A stretch of DNA of 63,262 nucleotides, taken from NCBI GenBank assembly GCA_035292605.1, contig DATDPT010000004.1, positions 1-63,262 on the forward strand, written 5' to 3'. Positions 24,514-32,961 of this stretch are shown here, piece after piece. Position 1 is the stretch's first letter; every line of letters begins with the position of its first letter. Under the pieces are notes generated by a model that searched no databases, was not told where the DNA came from, and saw only the letters and a program-made list of their open reading frames with translations. This stretch comes from Acidimicrobiia bacterium (GTDB lineage Bacteria > Actinomycetota > Acidimicrobiia > Spongiisociales > ZC4RG35). The position numbers and the translations under genes are program-made.

Positions 24514-25778
24514 CCTTCCTCAATGTGGTCGAGATCGAGTCGGCCGTGATCGCACTTGCCTCTACCTATCCAACGCTCACCCAGCTGATCACGCTTCCAC
24601 ACAAAACGGTCGAGGGACGTACGAGTCATGCCCTTCGGATCGGAACCAGCTCCTGCAAATTGAGCGGAGTGCTGCTCGTGAGCGGCACCCACGCCAGGGA
24701 ATGGGGCGGTCCCGACATTCTCGTCAACCTCGCGACCGACCTGCTCGAGGCTTACATCGGGGGCTCGGGTCTCGTCTACGGCGGAACTTCGTTCTCCGAC
24801 ATTGACGTCGCAAAGATCGTTCAAAACGTCGATTTGATCGTCTTCCCCGATCTCAATCCCGATGGTCGACACTACAGCCAGACGGTCTTTGCCATGTGGC
24901 GCAAGAATCGCAACCCGGCCAGCAGCGGCGGCGTGGCGAGCAGGATCGGAGTGGATCTCAACCGCAACTATGACTTTTTGTGGGACTTTCCTACCGCATT
25001 CAAGCCTGCGGCGGTTACTTCCGGAACTCTTGCTTCGACAGACCCGGGCAGCGACTTGTTTCATGGAACGGCACCGTTTTCGGAGCCCGAGACCAAGAAT
25101 GTGAGGTGGCTGTTCGACAATTATTCGAAGCTCCGCCGATTCGTCGACCTTCACTCGTATAGCGGGACCATCCTTCACCCCTGGGGCGACGATGAGAACC
25201 AGACCACCACGCCCTCGATGAACTTCAAAAACCCGGCGTGGAATGGCCAGCGCGGCGTCGAAGGCGATGCCTATGCAGAGTTCATCGACAGCTCTGACCT
25301 CTCAGCGCTGCAATCCCTGGCTGATTCGACCAAGGCCGCCATTGCCGGTGTCCGCGGACAGTCATACACGGTGGCACAGTCGTTCCACCTGCCGGGCTGG
25401 GGGGCTCCCTACCCCACCTCGGGGGCCAGTGACGACTGGGCGTTCAGTCGTCACTATGGCGATCCTTCCAAGCCACTAGTTCTTGGCTACGTGATCGAGT
25501 TCAACAAGAACTGGGGGCAGTTCTTTCCGACTTGGGTGGAGATGGAGAAGATAATCCTCGATGTCGACGCCGGCCTGGTCAGATTCTGTCGGAATGCTGT
25601 CCCGACCTTCTATTGGTTTAGATGGTGCTGGTGGAAGGCCTGGTTGTGGGCCATTTGGAAGAAGGTCTTCCCGCCCGAGCTGTGGGGCCCGTATGGACCA
25701 TGGTCTCTGATCAAGAGAGTCCTCGATCGGGCCATAGCGCCTGTGATCAGGTTGATTAAGAAGGCTGGAGGACGGTAG
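24510..25778 (+). CDS. M14-family zinc carboxypeptidase with Trp-rich C-terminal tail
   Basis: SGTHAREWG is the HxxE zinc site, DLNRNYDF the NRN substrate-binding motif, VDLHSYSG the third His ligand, and GYVIEFN the catalytic Glu. No signal peptide. The tail is FYWFRWCWWKAWLWAIWKKVFPPELWGPYGPW. Confidence 0.85.
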   Translation: MTFLNVVEIESAVIALASTYPTLTQLITLPHKTVEGRTSHALRIGTSSCKLSGVLLVSGTHAREWGGPDILVNLATDLLEAYIGGSGLVYGGTSFSDIDVAKIVQNVDLIVFPDLNPDGRHYSQTVFAMWRKNRNPASSGGVASRIGVDLNRNYDFLWDFPTAFKPAAVTSGTLASTDPGSDLFHGTAPFSEPETKNVRWLFDNYSKLRRFVDLHSYSGTILHPWGDDENQTTTPSMNFKNPAWNGQRGVEGDAYAEFIDSSDLSALQSLADSTKAAIAGVRGQSYTVAQSFHLPGWGAPYPTSGASDDWAFSRHYGDPSKPLVLGYVIEFNKNWGQFFPTWVEMEKIILDVDAGLVRFCRNAVPTFYWFRWCWWKAWLWAIWKKVFPPELWGPYGPWSLIKRVLDRAIAPVIRLIKKAGGR

Positions 25779-25888
25779 GCGAGACCTTGGAGTGGCCCTG
25801 GGTCCGATGTCCTTTTCCGAGGCCGGTCCGCCCCAACCTGTTCGCCTTCTAAGCACGTGTCGCTCGCCGGGGCCGGTAGATTCGGTCG

Positions 25889-27181
25889 ATGCCCACTCTC
25901 GAGGGTGCAGTAGCCGAGGCGCGCCGGCGTTACATCGAGGCCAACCCAAATAGTCGGGGCCTGGCCGGCCTGGCTTCGGAGGTGATGCCTGGCGGCAACA
26001 CCCGATCGGTTCTCCATTTCGACCCCTTCCCGTTCCGTGTGGAGTCGGTTGATGGTCCCTACCTGGTCGATGTCGACGGACATCGTTATCTGGATCTGCT
26101 CGGCAACTTCTCGGCAGGCCTCCTCGGGCACAGCCCGGTAGAGGTCCGCCGGGCGGTCTCGGCGGCGCTGGAGGGCGGCTGGACTTCGGGGGCGATGCGA
26201 ACGGCCGAGATCGATTACGCCTCTCTGGTCTGTCAACGCTTCCCTTCGATCGAGACGGTGCGTTTCACCAACTCGGGCACCGAGGCCAATCTGATGGCGA
26301 TAGCAACGGCCAAGCACTTCACGGGTCGTGAGTCGGTGGTGGCCTTCCATGAGGCGTATCACGGTGGGGTGCTCTTCTTCGGCGCGAGTGGTCGGCCCCT
26401 GCTCACGCCACATACTTGGGTGGTCACCGACTACAACGACCTCGACCAGGTGCGGGCGGTGTTCTCGAGGCAAGCGGGCGAGATCTCCTGTGTCATCGTG
26501 GAGCCGATGCTGGCTGCGTCTGGGTGCATCCCGGGAACGGCGGATTTCTTGGAAGGACTTCGTGAGATCACCGAGGAAGCCGGCAGCCTGCTGATCTTCG
26601 ATGAGGTGATGACCTCGAGACTCTCGCCTTCCGGCGCTCAAGGCGCATTAGGCATCAAGCCTGACCTGACCACCTTGGGCAAGTACATCGCCGGCGGGCT
26701 GTCGGTGGGTGCCTTTGGCGGGAGACGGGATGTGATGTCGGTATTCGATCCTGGGCACGGCACACCCCTGACCCATGGGGGAACTTTCAACAACAACGAG
26801 CTCTCGGTCGCCGCCGGCGTCGCGGTGCTCCGTGATGTCTTGACCGACGAGGTCGTCGAGTCGGTCAATGAGCGAGGCGACCACCTCCGAGTCGAGCTCA
26901 ACGATGTCTTCGACAGAACCGGAGTCGAGATGACCGTCACCGGTTGGGGCTCGTTGCTCACCTTCCACGGCACCAAAGGACCGGTGAAATCGCCATCGGA
27001 CCTGAACCCCGCGAACAAAGAACTCGAGGAGCTGCTCTTCTTCGATCTCTTGGAGAAAGGCTATTACCTGGCTCGTCGAGGCTTCATCGCACTCTCGGTC
27101 GACATAACCGATGAGCACGTGAATGGTTTCGTCGACGATGTCGAAGAGTGGGCGCAGCGGATCCGTCACCTGACCTTGTGA
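25889..27181 (+). CDS. Class III PLP aminotransferase, glutamate-1-semialdehyde 2,1-aminomutase-like
   Basis: MPGGNTRSV...DVDGHRYLDLLGNFSAGLLGH...FTNSGTEANLMAI...YHGG...LLIFDEVMTSR...PDLTTLGKYIAGG (Lys) fits the GSA-AT family pattern. Confidence 0.85.
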   Translation: MPTLEGAVAEARRRYIEANPNSRGLAGLASEVMPGGNTRSVLHFDPFPFRVESVDGPYLVDVDGHRYLDLLGNFSAGLLGHSPVEVRRAVSAALEGGWTSGAMRTAEIDYASLVCQRFPSIETVRFTNSGTEANLMAIATAKHFTGRESVVAFHEAYHGGVLFFGASGRPLLTPHTWVVTDYNDLDQVRAVFSRQAGEISCVIVEPMLAASGCIPGTADFLEGLREITEEAGSLLIFDEVMTSRLSPSGAQGALGIKPDLTTLGKYIAGGLSVGAFGGRRDVMSVFDPGHGTPLTHGGTFNNNELSVAAGVAVLRDVLTDEVVESVNERGDHLRVELNDVFDRTGVEMTVTGWGSLLTFHGTKGPVKSPSDLNPANKELEELLFFDLLEKGYYLARRGFIALSVDITDEHVNGFVDDVEEWAQRIRHLTL

Positions 27182-27282
27182 GGCACGTCACTGATCGTTG
27201 ATGGGTAATTCCCCCCATAGCTGCGTGTGGTCCAGAGACGTAGGCTTCGAAGCAGCGCCAGGAGGAGGAGGTACAAGAAAAG

Positions 27283-27870
27283 GTGTGGAACCCGACGGCT
27301 CCTGAGGGGATCAGCAATCCCTTCGACCAGATGCCCCCCAAGGAGAGCGACCTCTACCTCACAGTTGACGAGATCGACGGCAACCGGGTCCGTCTGGTGG
27401 TCTCGTCTTGGCCTTCGGTGGATTCCGAGAACCGGTTGCTGTTTCCGCTGGCTGAATCGGAGAGCGAGGAGCTGCTCGATGACCCCACCGACTTCGAGCT
27501 GATTGTCGACGGCGGTGACCTTCACTCCAAGGTGACCCAACACAGAACCAGCCACCGACAGCCCGCTCCTGACCGGCCGCTTCGGGTCGGCGATTCCTTC
27601 TGGTTTCGCCCGGGTGACCTCGAAGCGGCAGCCCCAATAGAGGAACTGGCGGGCGACCTGGTCGACGTCACCTATGCGGCGCGTAGCGAGGCAAAAGCGG
27701 CCATGGCCTGGGCGGTCACTGGATCCTCAGATACCCCTGCCAGCCTGATCACAGCCGGTGCCGAACTCGACGAGGAAGAGGGGCAGGAAGGGCCCGAGAC
27801 ACCTCAGCAAGAGTCAGGGGAGCCGGGACGGCCATCGGTCCCGGGCTCAGTGGCCAGCCCCAGCGTCTGA
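27283..27870 (+). CDS. Acidic hypothetical protein (operon partner of the MBL protein)
   Basis: GTG start preceded by AGGAGGAGGAGG. It ends 3 nt before the next ATG. The N-terminal LTVDEIDGNRVRLVV...LLFPL weakly recalls DUF3006-type small domains. The C-terminus is Glu/Pro-rich and low-complexity. Confidence 0.5.
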   Translation: MWNPTAPEGISNPFDQMPPKESDLYLTVDEIDGNRVRLVVSSWPSVDSENRLLFPLAESESEELLDDPTDFELIVDGGDLHSKVTQHRTSHRQPAPDRPLRVGDSFWFRPGDLEAAAPIEELAGDLVDVTYAARSEAKAAMAWAVTGSSDTPASLITAGAELDEEEGQEGPETPQQESGEPGRPSVPGSVASPSV

Positions 27871-27873
27871 GCT

Positions 27874-28992
27874 ATGAGCGACATCCCCGCCAACCAACTG
27901 GCAGCCGACAACTTCGTCGCATCACTCGGGGCCGACTCCTGGGCCTACTTCTTGTGCAACGTCGGTGACGGCGACGCCCAACTGGTCCTGTTGCCCGAGG
28001 AGAACGGCAAGCGGCGCGTGATCGTGGTCGATGCCTACACCGACAAGGTGATCAGACTCATCTCGGAGTTGACCAACCAGGGTCTGCTCGATGGCCAAGG
28101 AGACATCGCGCTGGTGGTTGCCACCCATCCCCATCAGGACCACATCAGCAATATGCCGAATCTACTCCGCACCCACGGATCCCGAATCCTCGAGTTCTGG
28201 GACCCTGGCTACTACCACCCGATCTCGGCTTACACCACCCTGATGAAGGAACTGCAGGACCGACGGGCCACGATCATCTATGCCCAGCCCACCGCCGGTC
28301 TGCGGCGATGGATCAGCGGGACTCTGGTCACTGTCCTCTCGCCTGCGGTCGGCCTCCGCAACAGATTCGACTCCTACGGGACCGAGATCAACGATTCGTC
28401 GATCTCGTTGCGGATCGCCCATCCGGCGACCCGGGCGACAACCCGCGACAATCAGGGTCGTCTTCAGGAAGTCGGCGGGGGTTCTTCGAGCCTCATTCTC
28501 GGTGGCGACGCCCAGACCCTGTCCTGGTCATACGTGATGGTCGACTTCCCCTACCTTCCTTCATCGAATAGCGAAGCCGCCAAAGCGATCGCCGCGGCCA
28601 CAGGTACCAAGGATCTGCTCAACACGGACGTGGTCAAGGTCTCTCATCACGGCTCCAAGCGGGGGGTGAACCTCGAACTGATGGAGCGATTCTCGGCGTC
28701 GATCGTGTTGGTTTCGAGCAGACCCCGGGATGCGAGTACCCACGGCTTCCCCCACCTGCTCACCCAGGAAGTGATCCGAGAGGTCAAAGAGCCGGTCGCC
28801 ACCAGCCCGCAACCGGCTCAGCGTCGAAACGATTGGGAGCATCAGGTCTACTACACCCACGATCTCGACGATCAGGGCGCCATGTTGGGAACTATCGGGA
28901 TCGTGTTCCGGGGCGACCAACGTCAGCTGTGGCGTTTCGGAGACGACCGTCTGCAACCGATAGCGCTGGCCAACGCCCGCAGGAGGATCTGA
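27874..28992 (+). CDS. Stand-alone metallo-beta-lactamase-fold protein of the ComEC/Rec2 C-terminal (nuclease-like) type
   Basis: FLCNVGDGDAQLV, ATHPHQDHI (HxHxDH), LILGGDA and VVKVSHHGSK are the four signature blocks of the ComEC MBL domain. There are no TM competence-channel segments. Confidence 0.75.
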   Translation: MSDIPANQLAADNFVASLGADSWAYFLCNVGDGDAQLVLLPEENGKRRVIVVDAYTDKVIRLISELTNQGLLDGQGDIALVVATHPHQDHISNMPNLLRTHGSRILEFWDPGYYHPISAYTTLMKELQDRRATIIYAQPTAGLRRWISGTLVTVLSPAVGLRNRFDSYGTEINDSSISLRIAHPATRATTRDNQGRLQEVGGGSSSLILGGDAQTLSWSYVMVDFPYLPSSNSEAAKAIAAATGTKDLLNTDVVKVSHHGSKRGVNLELMERFSASIVLVSSRPRDASTHGFPHLLTQEVIREVKEPVATSPQPAQRRNDWEHQVYYTHDLDDQGAMLGTIGIVFRGDQRQLWRFGDDRLQPIALANARRRI

Positions 28993-29011
28993 TCCAGGCT
29001 TCTCTGGGTGG

Positions 29012-30403
29012 CTACCCGGCGGAGGGCGGCGGAGGGGGTGTCGGCTCGGGGTCTGAGCCGCCGGTGTCGAGCCGGAACGGCGGGTACTCGTCCCGCATCA
29101 AAGTGGCGTAGGCCAGCACCCGGTACACCCATCGGTTGAGACCCATGATCAGATCGAATAGCCCCTGGGGGTAGCGCCCGGTGAAGGTCAGCACCACGGC
29201 TGCGATCAGCACCAAGATCCCGATCAGCCCGCCGCCGATCTGGAGGACCCCATCTCCGGTCCCCTCGAGCTCGGTGTTCGACCAGACCAGGCCACTGGTG
29301 AACAGCCCGATGATCAGATAGTGGGGTATGGCCAGCAGCCACCACTTCACCAGAACCAGCCCACGGGAGAGCCGTTCGGGGTAGGCAACGTCGAAGCGAG
29401 CCGGGTAGTCGACGTCCGCCAGCGTGAACGGGGGATACTGATCGGTGCCGAGCGCGCTGTAGGAGTAGTAGGTCACTCTCCACGTCCAGCGCATCACCCC
29501 GACGTTGAAATCGAAGATGGCCCTCGGGTAGCGACCGGTGAACAAGATGGCGAACCACGCCACCACGGTGAGCAACGCAAACCCAATCCAGAGGAAACCG
29601 ACGATGAGGTAATGGGGGAGGGCCAGGGCCCACTTGATGAGCCACAGCCAACGGCTCAGTTCCGGGTCGAGCCGGCCCTCGAGACGGACCGGATACTGAC
29701 CGAAGCCCTCACCGGCGGGCGAGGCCATCGGTGCGTGCTCTCCACCGCCTGCGACCCCGACCACGATGAGCACGGCGGCGATCACGGTGAGGATCAACCC
29801 GCCGACGATCAGTGCTGTGGCGATCGGGACCAACAGGTCGGTCTTGGCGGCCGCGGATGCATTCACTGCCACACTCGACGAGGCGTCGGCGTTCATGACC
29901 ACCACCGCCCATCGGCCCTGCTCCAAGTCGAAGGTGAGAACCTGAGTGCCCGCTCCCTCGACCGAGGCTGCCCAGAATCCCTGGTCTCCCGGGGGAGTCG
30001 GTGTGTCCTCTCCGGGGACATCCCGGTAGGTGACGTCGTCAGGGTCGGATCTGAACCGGACCACCTCGGAGTGGGCGACGCCGTCGAGATAGTCGTCGAC
30101 TTCGGTCTCCGGGCCGATCCCGATGAAGACCGAGGTGTCGGGATCGCTCTCGACTTCCAACCTGATCTCGGCCAAGCGGCCGGAGGGAAACCAATCCCCG
30201 GGCTGGGAGCCCAAATCGATCTCATCCGAGGTCAGTGCGTAGGACTCGGTGAAGAGAGTCGCACGGCTGGTCTCGAAGAAGCCGTCGGCTGTTCTCTGGG
30301 TCTGATTGGCCCAGAGGAGGACGATCCCTCCGAATACGATCGCCAGCCCGACAAGACCCACCAGGATCCCGACGATCAGTGATGCGATCTTCCCCGTTCT
30401 CAT
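29012..30403 (-). CDS. Membrane protein with two DUF4389 repeats
   Basis: N-terminal TM helix plus an extracytoplasmic domain. Two copies of the DUF4389 signature follow: TGRYPRAIFDFNVGVMRWTWRVTYYSY...DQYPPFTL and TGRYPQGLFDLIMGLNRWVYRVLAYATLMRDEYPPFRL. Confidence 0.75.
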   Translation of the reverse strand: MRTGKIASLIVGILVGLVGLAIVFGGIVLLWANQTQRTADGFFETSRATLFTESYALTSDEIDLGSQPGDWFPSGRLAEIRLEVESDPDTSVFIGIGPETEVDDYLDGVAHSEVVRFRSDPDDVTYRDVPGEDTPTPPGDQGFWAASVEGAGTQVLTFDLEQGRWAVVVMNADASSSVAVNASAAAKTDLLVPIATALIVGGLILTVIAAVLIVVGVAGGGEHAPMASPAGEGFGQYPVRLEGRLDPELSRWLWLIKWALALPHYLIVGFLWIGFALLTVVAWFAILFTGRYPRAIFDFNVGVMRWTWRVTYYSYSALGTDQYPPFTLADVDYPARFDVAYPERLSRGLVLVKWWLLAIPHYLIIGLFTSGLVWSNTELEGTGDGVLQIGGGLIGILVLIAAVVLTFTGRYPQGLFDLIMGLNRWVYRVLAYATLMRDEYPPFRLDTGGSDPEPTPPPPPSAG

Positions 30404-30572
30404 ATCAGCCGATCCGGGCCTGCGAGGGTGTCCATCAGGGTGAACCTACCCGATCGTCCCGGATCAGTGCGGACCGTGGTTGCCGGTTCTTTCCACGGTG
30501 GAATGTCTGTCGGGGACTCCCGATAACGACCCTAGAACCTGAGTTCGGGCCCGTCGCTACCCTCAGTGTTGG

Positions 30573-31691
30573 ATGAGACGCCTCCTCGTCGCCGTCAGCC
30601 TCCTCCTCATGGCTGCCACGCCAAATCAGGTCGTGCTCGAATTGGAGACCAACGGCTACTACATCGAGCCCGGGTCGACTGCCAGTGAGCAGGTAGTCAG
30701 TGGTGCGGTGTTCGAGGCACGCTCGGACGGCGGTCGGCTCTATCTGGTGGTTCTCTCCGGGGAGCCTGGGGGCGGGGCCACCACTTTTTCCGACTCGGTA
30801 CTCGACCAACTGGGAACCGGTTACGTGGTGACGGTCGCCCCGGAGACAGTCGGCTTCGCCGGCGATGGCTCGTTCTGGAGCGAGGACGAGATGAACGCCG
30901 CCATCGACGCCTCACTGGACGGGGGGAGCGACGACCAGGTGGTCCAGTTGTTCATCGCCGAGCTGACCGGCACCAGCGTTGCCCCGTCGCCCGGCGAAGA
31001 GGAAGTTGGGGGAGGGGGATCGGGGTGGGTCTGGCTGCTGCTGCTCGGTGGTGGTGCCCTGCTGGTGATGGGGCTGATGAGGGGCAACTCCAAGAAGCGG
31101 GCCGAGCTGGCGACGGGCGGGCTGGAGAAGGTGAAGACGATGGCCAAGGAGAAGCTGGCCCACATCGCCAACGACATCATCGAGATGGAAGACGAGGTGG
31201 AGCTCTCGGACAATCCTGACGTCAAGGCTCACTATCAGAGGGCCTCTACCACCTACACCCAGGTCCTGGCCCGAACCGAGGCCACCCCGAGCGCACAGGA
31301 GATGATCGAGGTGATCCGGGACCTGGATTCGGCTATCTGGGAGCTCGATGCCGCCGAGGCACTGCTCGACGGCAAGCCCGTTCCCGAGAAGCCGAAGCCA
31401 CCCGAGCCCAAGCCGCCCCCGCTCAACGTGCCGGAGCCGGCGCCCCAACCGGACACCACCCCGGACGAGGGCTACGGAAGGAGATCGCAACGACAGAGCT
31501 CATACGCCGGCAACGATCTGATGACTGCCCTGTGGGCGGTCCTGGCGATGACAGGTCGGGGAGGGGGATGGGGCGGGACACCCGGAGGCTTCGGGGGCCC
31601 GATGAGAGGCGGAGGTTTGGGGCGGATGCTGGGCGGAGGGATGCGGGGCGGAGGCTTGGGGCGGATGCGGGGCGGCGGGCGCCGGCGCTGA
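30573..31691 (+). CDS. Bitopic membrane protein: TPM/YgcG-like N-domain (tentative), TM helix, helical region, Pro-rich linker, Gly/Arg-rich tail
   Basis: Signal/anchor MRRLLVAVSLLLMAA and a mid-protein TM helix WVWLLLLGGGALLVMGLM. PEKPKPPEPKPPPLNVPEPAPQP is the Pro-rich linker. The tail is GGWGGTPGGFGGPMRGGGLGRMLGGGMRGGGLGRMRGGGRRR. It lies 64 nt upstream of pspA. Confidence 0.5.
   Translation: MRRLLVAVSLLLMAATPNQVVLELETNGYYIEPGSTASEQVVSGAVFEARSDGGRLYLVVLSGEPGGGATTFSDSVLDQLGTGYVVTVAPETVGFAGDGSFWSEDEMNAAIDASLDGGSDDQVVQLFIAELTGTSVAPSPGEEEVGGGGSGWVWLLLLGGGALLVMGLMRGNSKKRAELATGGLEKVKTMAKEKLAHIANDIIEMEDEVELSDNPDVKAHYQRASTTYTQVLARTEATPSAQEMIEVIRDLDSAIWELDAAEALLDGKPVPEKPKPPEPKPPPLNVPEPAPQPDTTPDEGYGRRSQRQSSYAGNDLMTALWAVLAMTGRGGGWGGTPGGFGGPMRGGGLGRMLGGGMRGGGLGRMRGGGRRR
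31602..31667 (+). repeat. Imperfect 27-nt coding repeat (MRGGGLGRM units)
   Basis: atgagaggcggaggtttggggcggatg ... atgcggggcggaggcttggggcggatg, separated by 12 nt. It is in frame within the 30573..31691 ORF. Confidence 0.6.
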
Positions 31692-31755
31692 CCCCCGGCC
31701 GGTCCCGCTCACCGAGGCCTACACTCGCCCCACCGATTCCCAAAGGAGACTGAAG

Positions 31756-32466
31756 ATGTTCAAGCGCTTGTGGGCCTACATTCGGTCCTGGTTCAGAGCA
31801 ACGGCCGAGAGCGCCATGGACCCCGAGATCGAGATCCAGTCTGCGATCGATGAGGCGAGAAGACGCGACCAGGACCTGAGAAACCAGGCCGCCAAAGTGA
31901 TCGCCCACAAGACCCAACTCCAGAGTCAGATCGAACGAGCGGCGGGCGATGTTGGCGAAGGGCGCGAGATGGCGAAACAGGCGTTGCTCAAGTCGGATGA
32001 GGCCAAGAAGGCCGGGGATGAGGCCGCAGTCACCAAGTGGAACCAGACCGCCCAGTCGCTGGCGATGAAGCTGCAGGCTTCGGAGAACAACCTCGCCTCG
32101 CTGAAGCAGCAGTACGAGACCGCCGTCGGCCAGGCCGAGACCGCCAAGGAAGCTGTCCAGACCAATGCCATGAACCTCCAGGAGCTATCGGCGAAGCGGA
32201 TGGAGATGCTGGGCTCGCTGCAGCAGGCCAAGATGCAGGAGTCGGTCAACGCTGCCGTGGAGGCCATGTCCGGTGGCGTCACCGACGAGTTGCCCAGCCT
32301 CGATCAGGTGGAGTCGAAGATCGAGCAGCGAAAGGCGGAGGCCATGGCCAAAGCGGAGTTGCGAGAGGCGACCCCGGAGGGGGCGGAGGCCGAGCTTCGA
32401 AGGGCTATCAACACGACCGAAGCCGACGCCAAGCTCGACGAGCTCAGAGCGGAATTGGGTCTGTAG
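31756..32466 (+). CDS. pspA: PspA/IM30-family membrane-stress protein
   Basis: MFKRLWAYIRSWFRATAESAMDPEIEIQSAIDEARRRDQDLRNQAAKVIAHKTQLQ... is the canonical PspA/IM30 N-terminus followed by a long coiled coil. Confidence 0.9.
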   Translation: MFKRLWAYIRSWFRATAESAMDPEIEIQSAIDEARRRDQDLRNQAAKVIAHKTQLQSQIERAAGDVGEGREMAKQALLKSDEAKKAGDEAAVTKWNQTAQSLAMKLQASENNLASLKQQYETAVGQAETAKEAVQTNAMNLQELSAKRMEMLGSLQQAKMQESVNAAVEAMSGGVTDELPSLDQVESKIEQRKAEAMAKAELREATPEGAEAELRRAINTTEADAKLDELRAELGL

Positions 32467-32531
32467 GGCTGAGCGGGCTCTATCCCTAGCCGTGTCCCGG
32501 TTCTAAACAGTCGTGAGTGGTGCAGTTCGTA

Positions 32532-32565
32532 AGTGTATTGACTAACGTTCGTTATTGAATACACT
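32532..32565. promoter_or_regulatory. 34-bp near-perfect palindrome (16-bp arms, 2 mismatches, TT centre): likely operator of the XRE gene
   Basis: agtgtattgactaacg-tt-cgttattgaatacact, read directly. It sits in a locally A/T-rich patch and ends 7 nt before the GTG at 32573. TACACT could serve as a -10 element for a leaderless mRNA. Confidence 0.5.
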
Positions 32566-32572
32566 AACAACC

Positions 32573-32941
32573 GTGAGCTACTTCAACGGTGCCAGACTGC
32601 GACAGATCCGTCACCTGAAGCGACTGTCCTTGAGCGACGTCTCGATGCGGACCGGGGTCAGCAGATCCCAGATCTCATTGATCGAGAATGGCAAGGCGGA
32701 TCCGCGGATCTCGACTCTGGTGAAGATCCTCGCGTGCTATGACAGTCGCCTCGCCGATCTCGAGCCCAATCCGCTCGAAGTGGTCTCCGTCGCCGAGGTT
32801 ATGGCGGGAGCAGCGCGGGGAGCCCAACTACTCGAGGCCGTGGGGCTGGGGCCCTCCGACCCCCAAGCCAGGCTCGATTGGAAAGAGCAGCGCAGGATCG
32901 ACGTTGGCATCGAACGCGCTGCACTGGCGACCAGGAGTTGA
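32573..32941 (+). CDS. XRE-family helix-turn-helix protein
   Basis: LRQIRHLKRLSLSDVSMRTGVSRSQISLIENGKADPRISTLVKIL is a classic XRE HTH. I prefer the GTG at 32573, because the track's TTG at 32555 lies inside the palindrome. Confidence 0.8.
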   Translation: MSYFNGARLRQIRHLKRLSLSDVSMRTGVSRSQISLIENGKADPRISTLVKILACYDSRLADLEPNPLEVVSVAEVMAGAARGAQLLEAVGLGPSDPQARLDWKEQRRIDVGIERAALATRS

Positions 32942-32961
32942 AGCAGACCGAGAAAGCCCAG

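Noticed and set aside
31560-31690. G-rich short repeats that could suggest a repeat array or G-quadruplex element.
   Set aside because: They are in frame inside a well-supported ORF and encode the Gly/Arg tail. There is no spacer structure, so this is not a CRISPR array. It is reported only as a coding repeat.
32878-32961. N-terminal extension of the nucleotidyltransferase ORF (track start 32878).
   Set aside because: It would overlap the last 64 nt of the XRE gene in another frame and encodes an Arg/His-rich peptide. The ATG at 32962 gives a compact non-overlapping gene.
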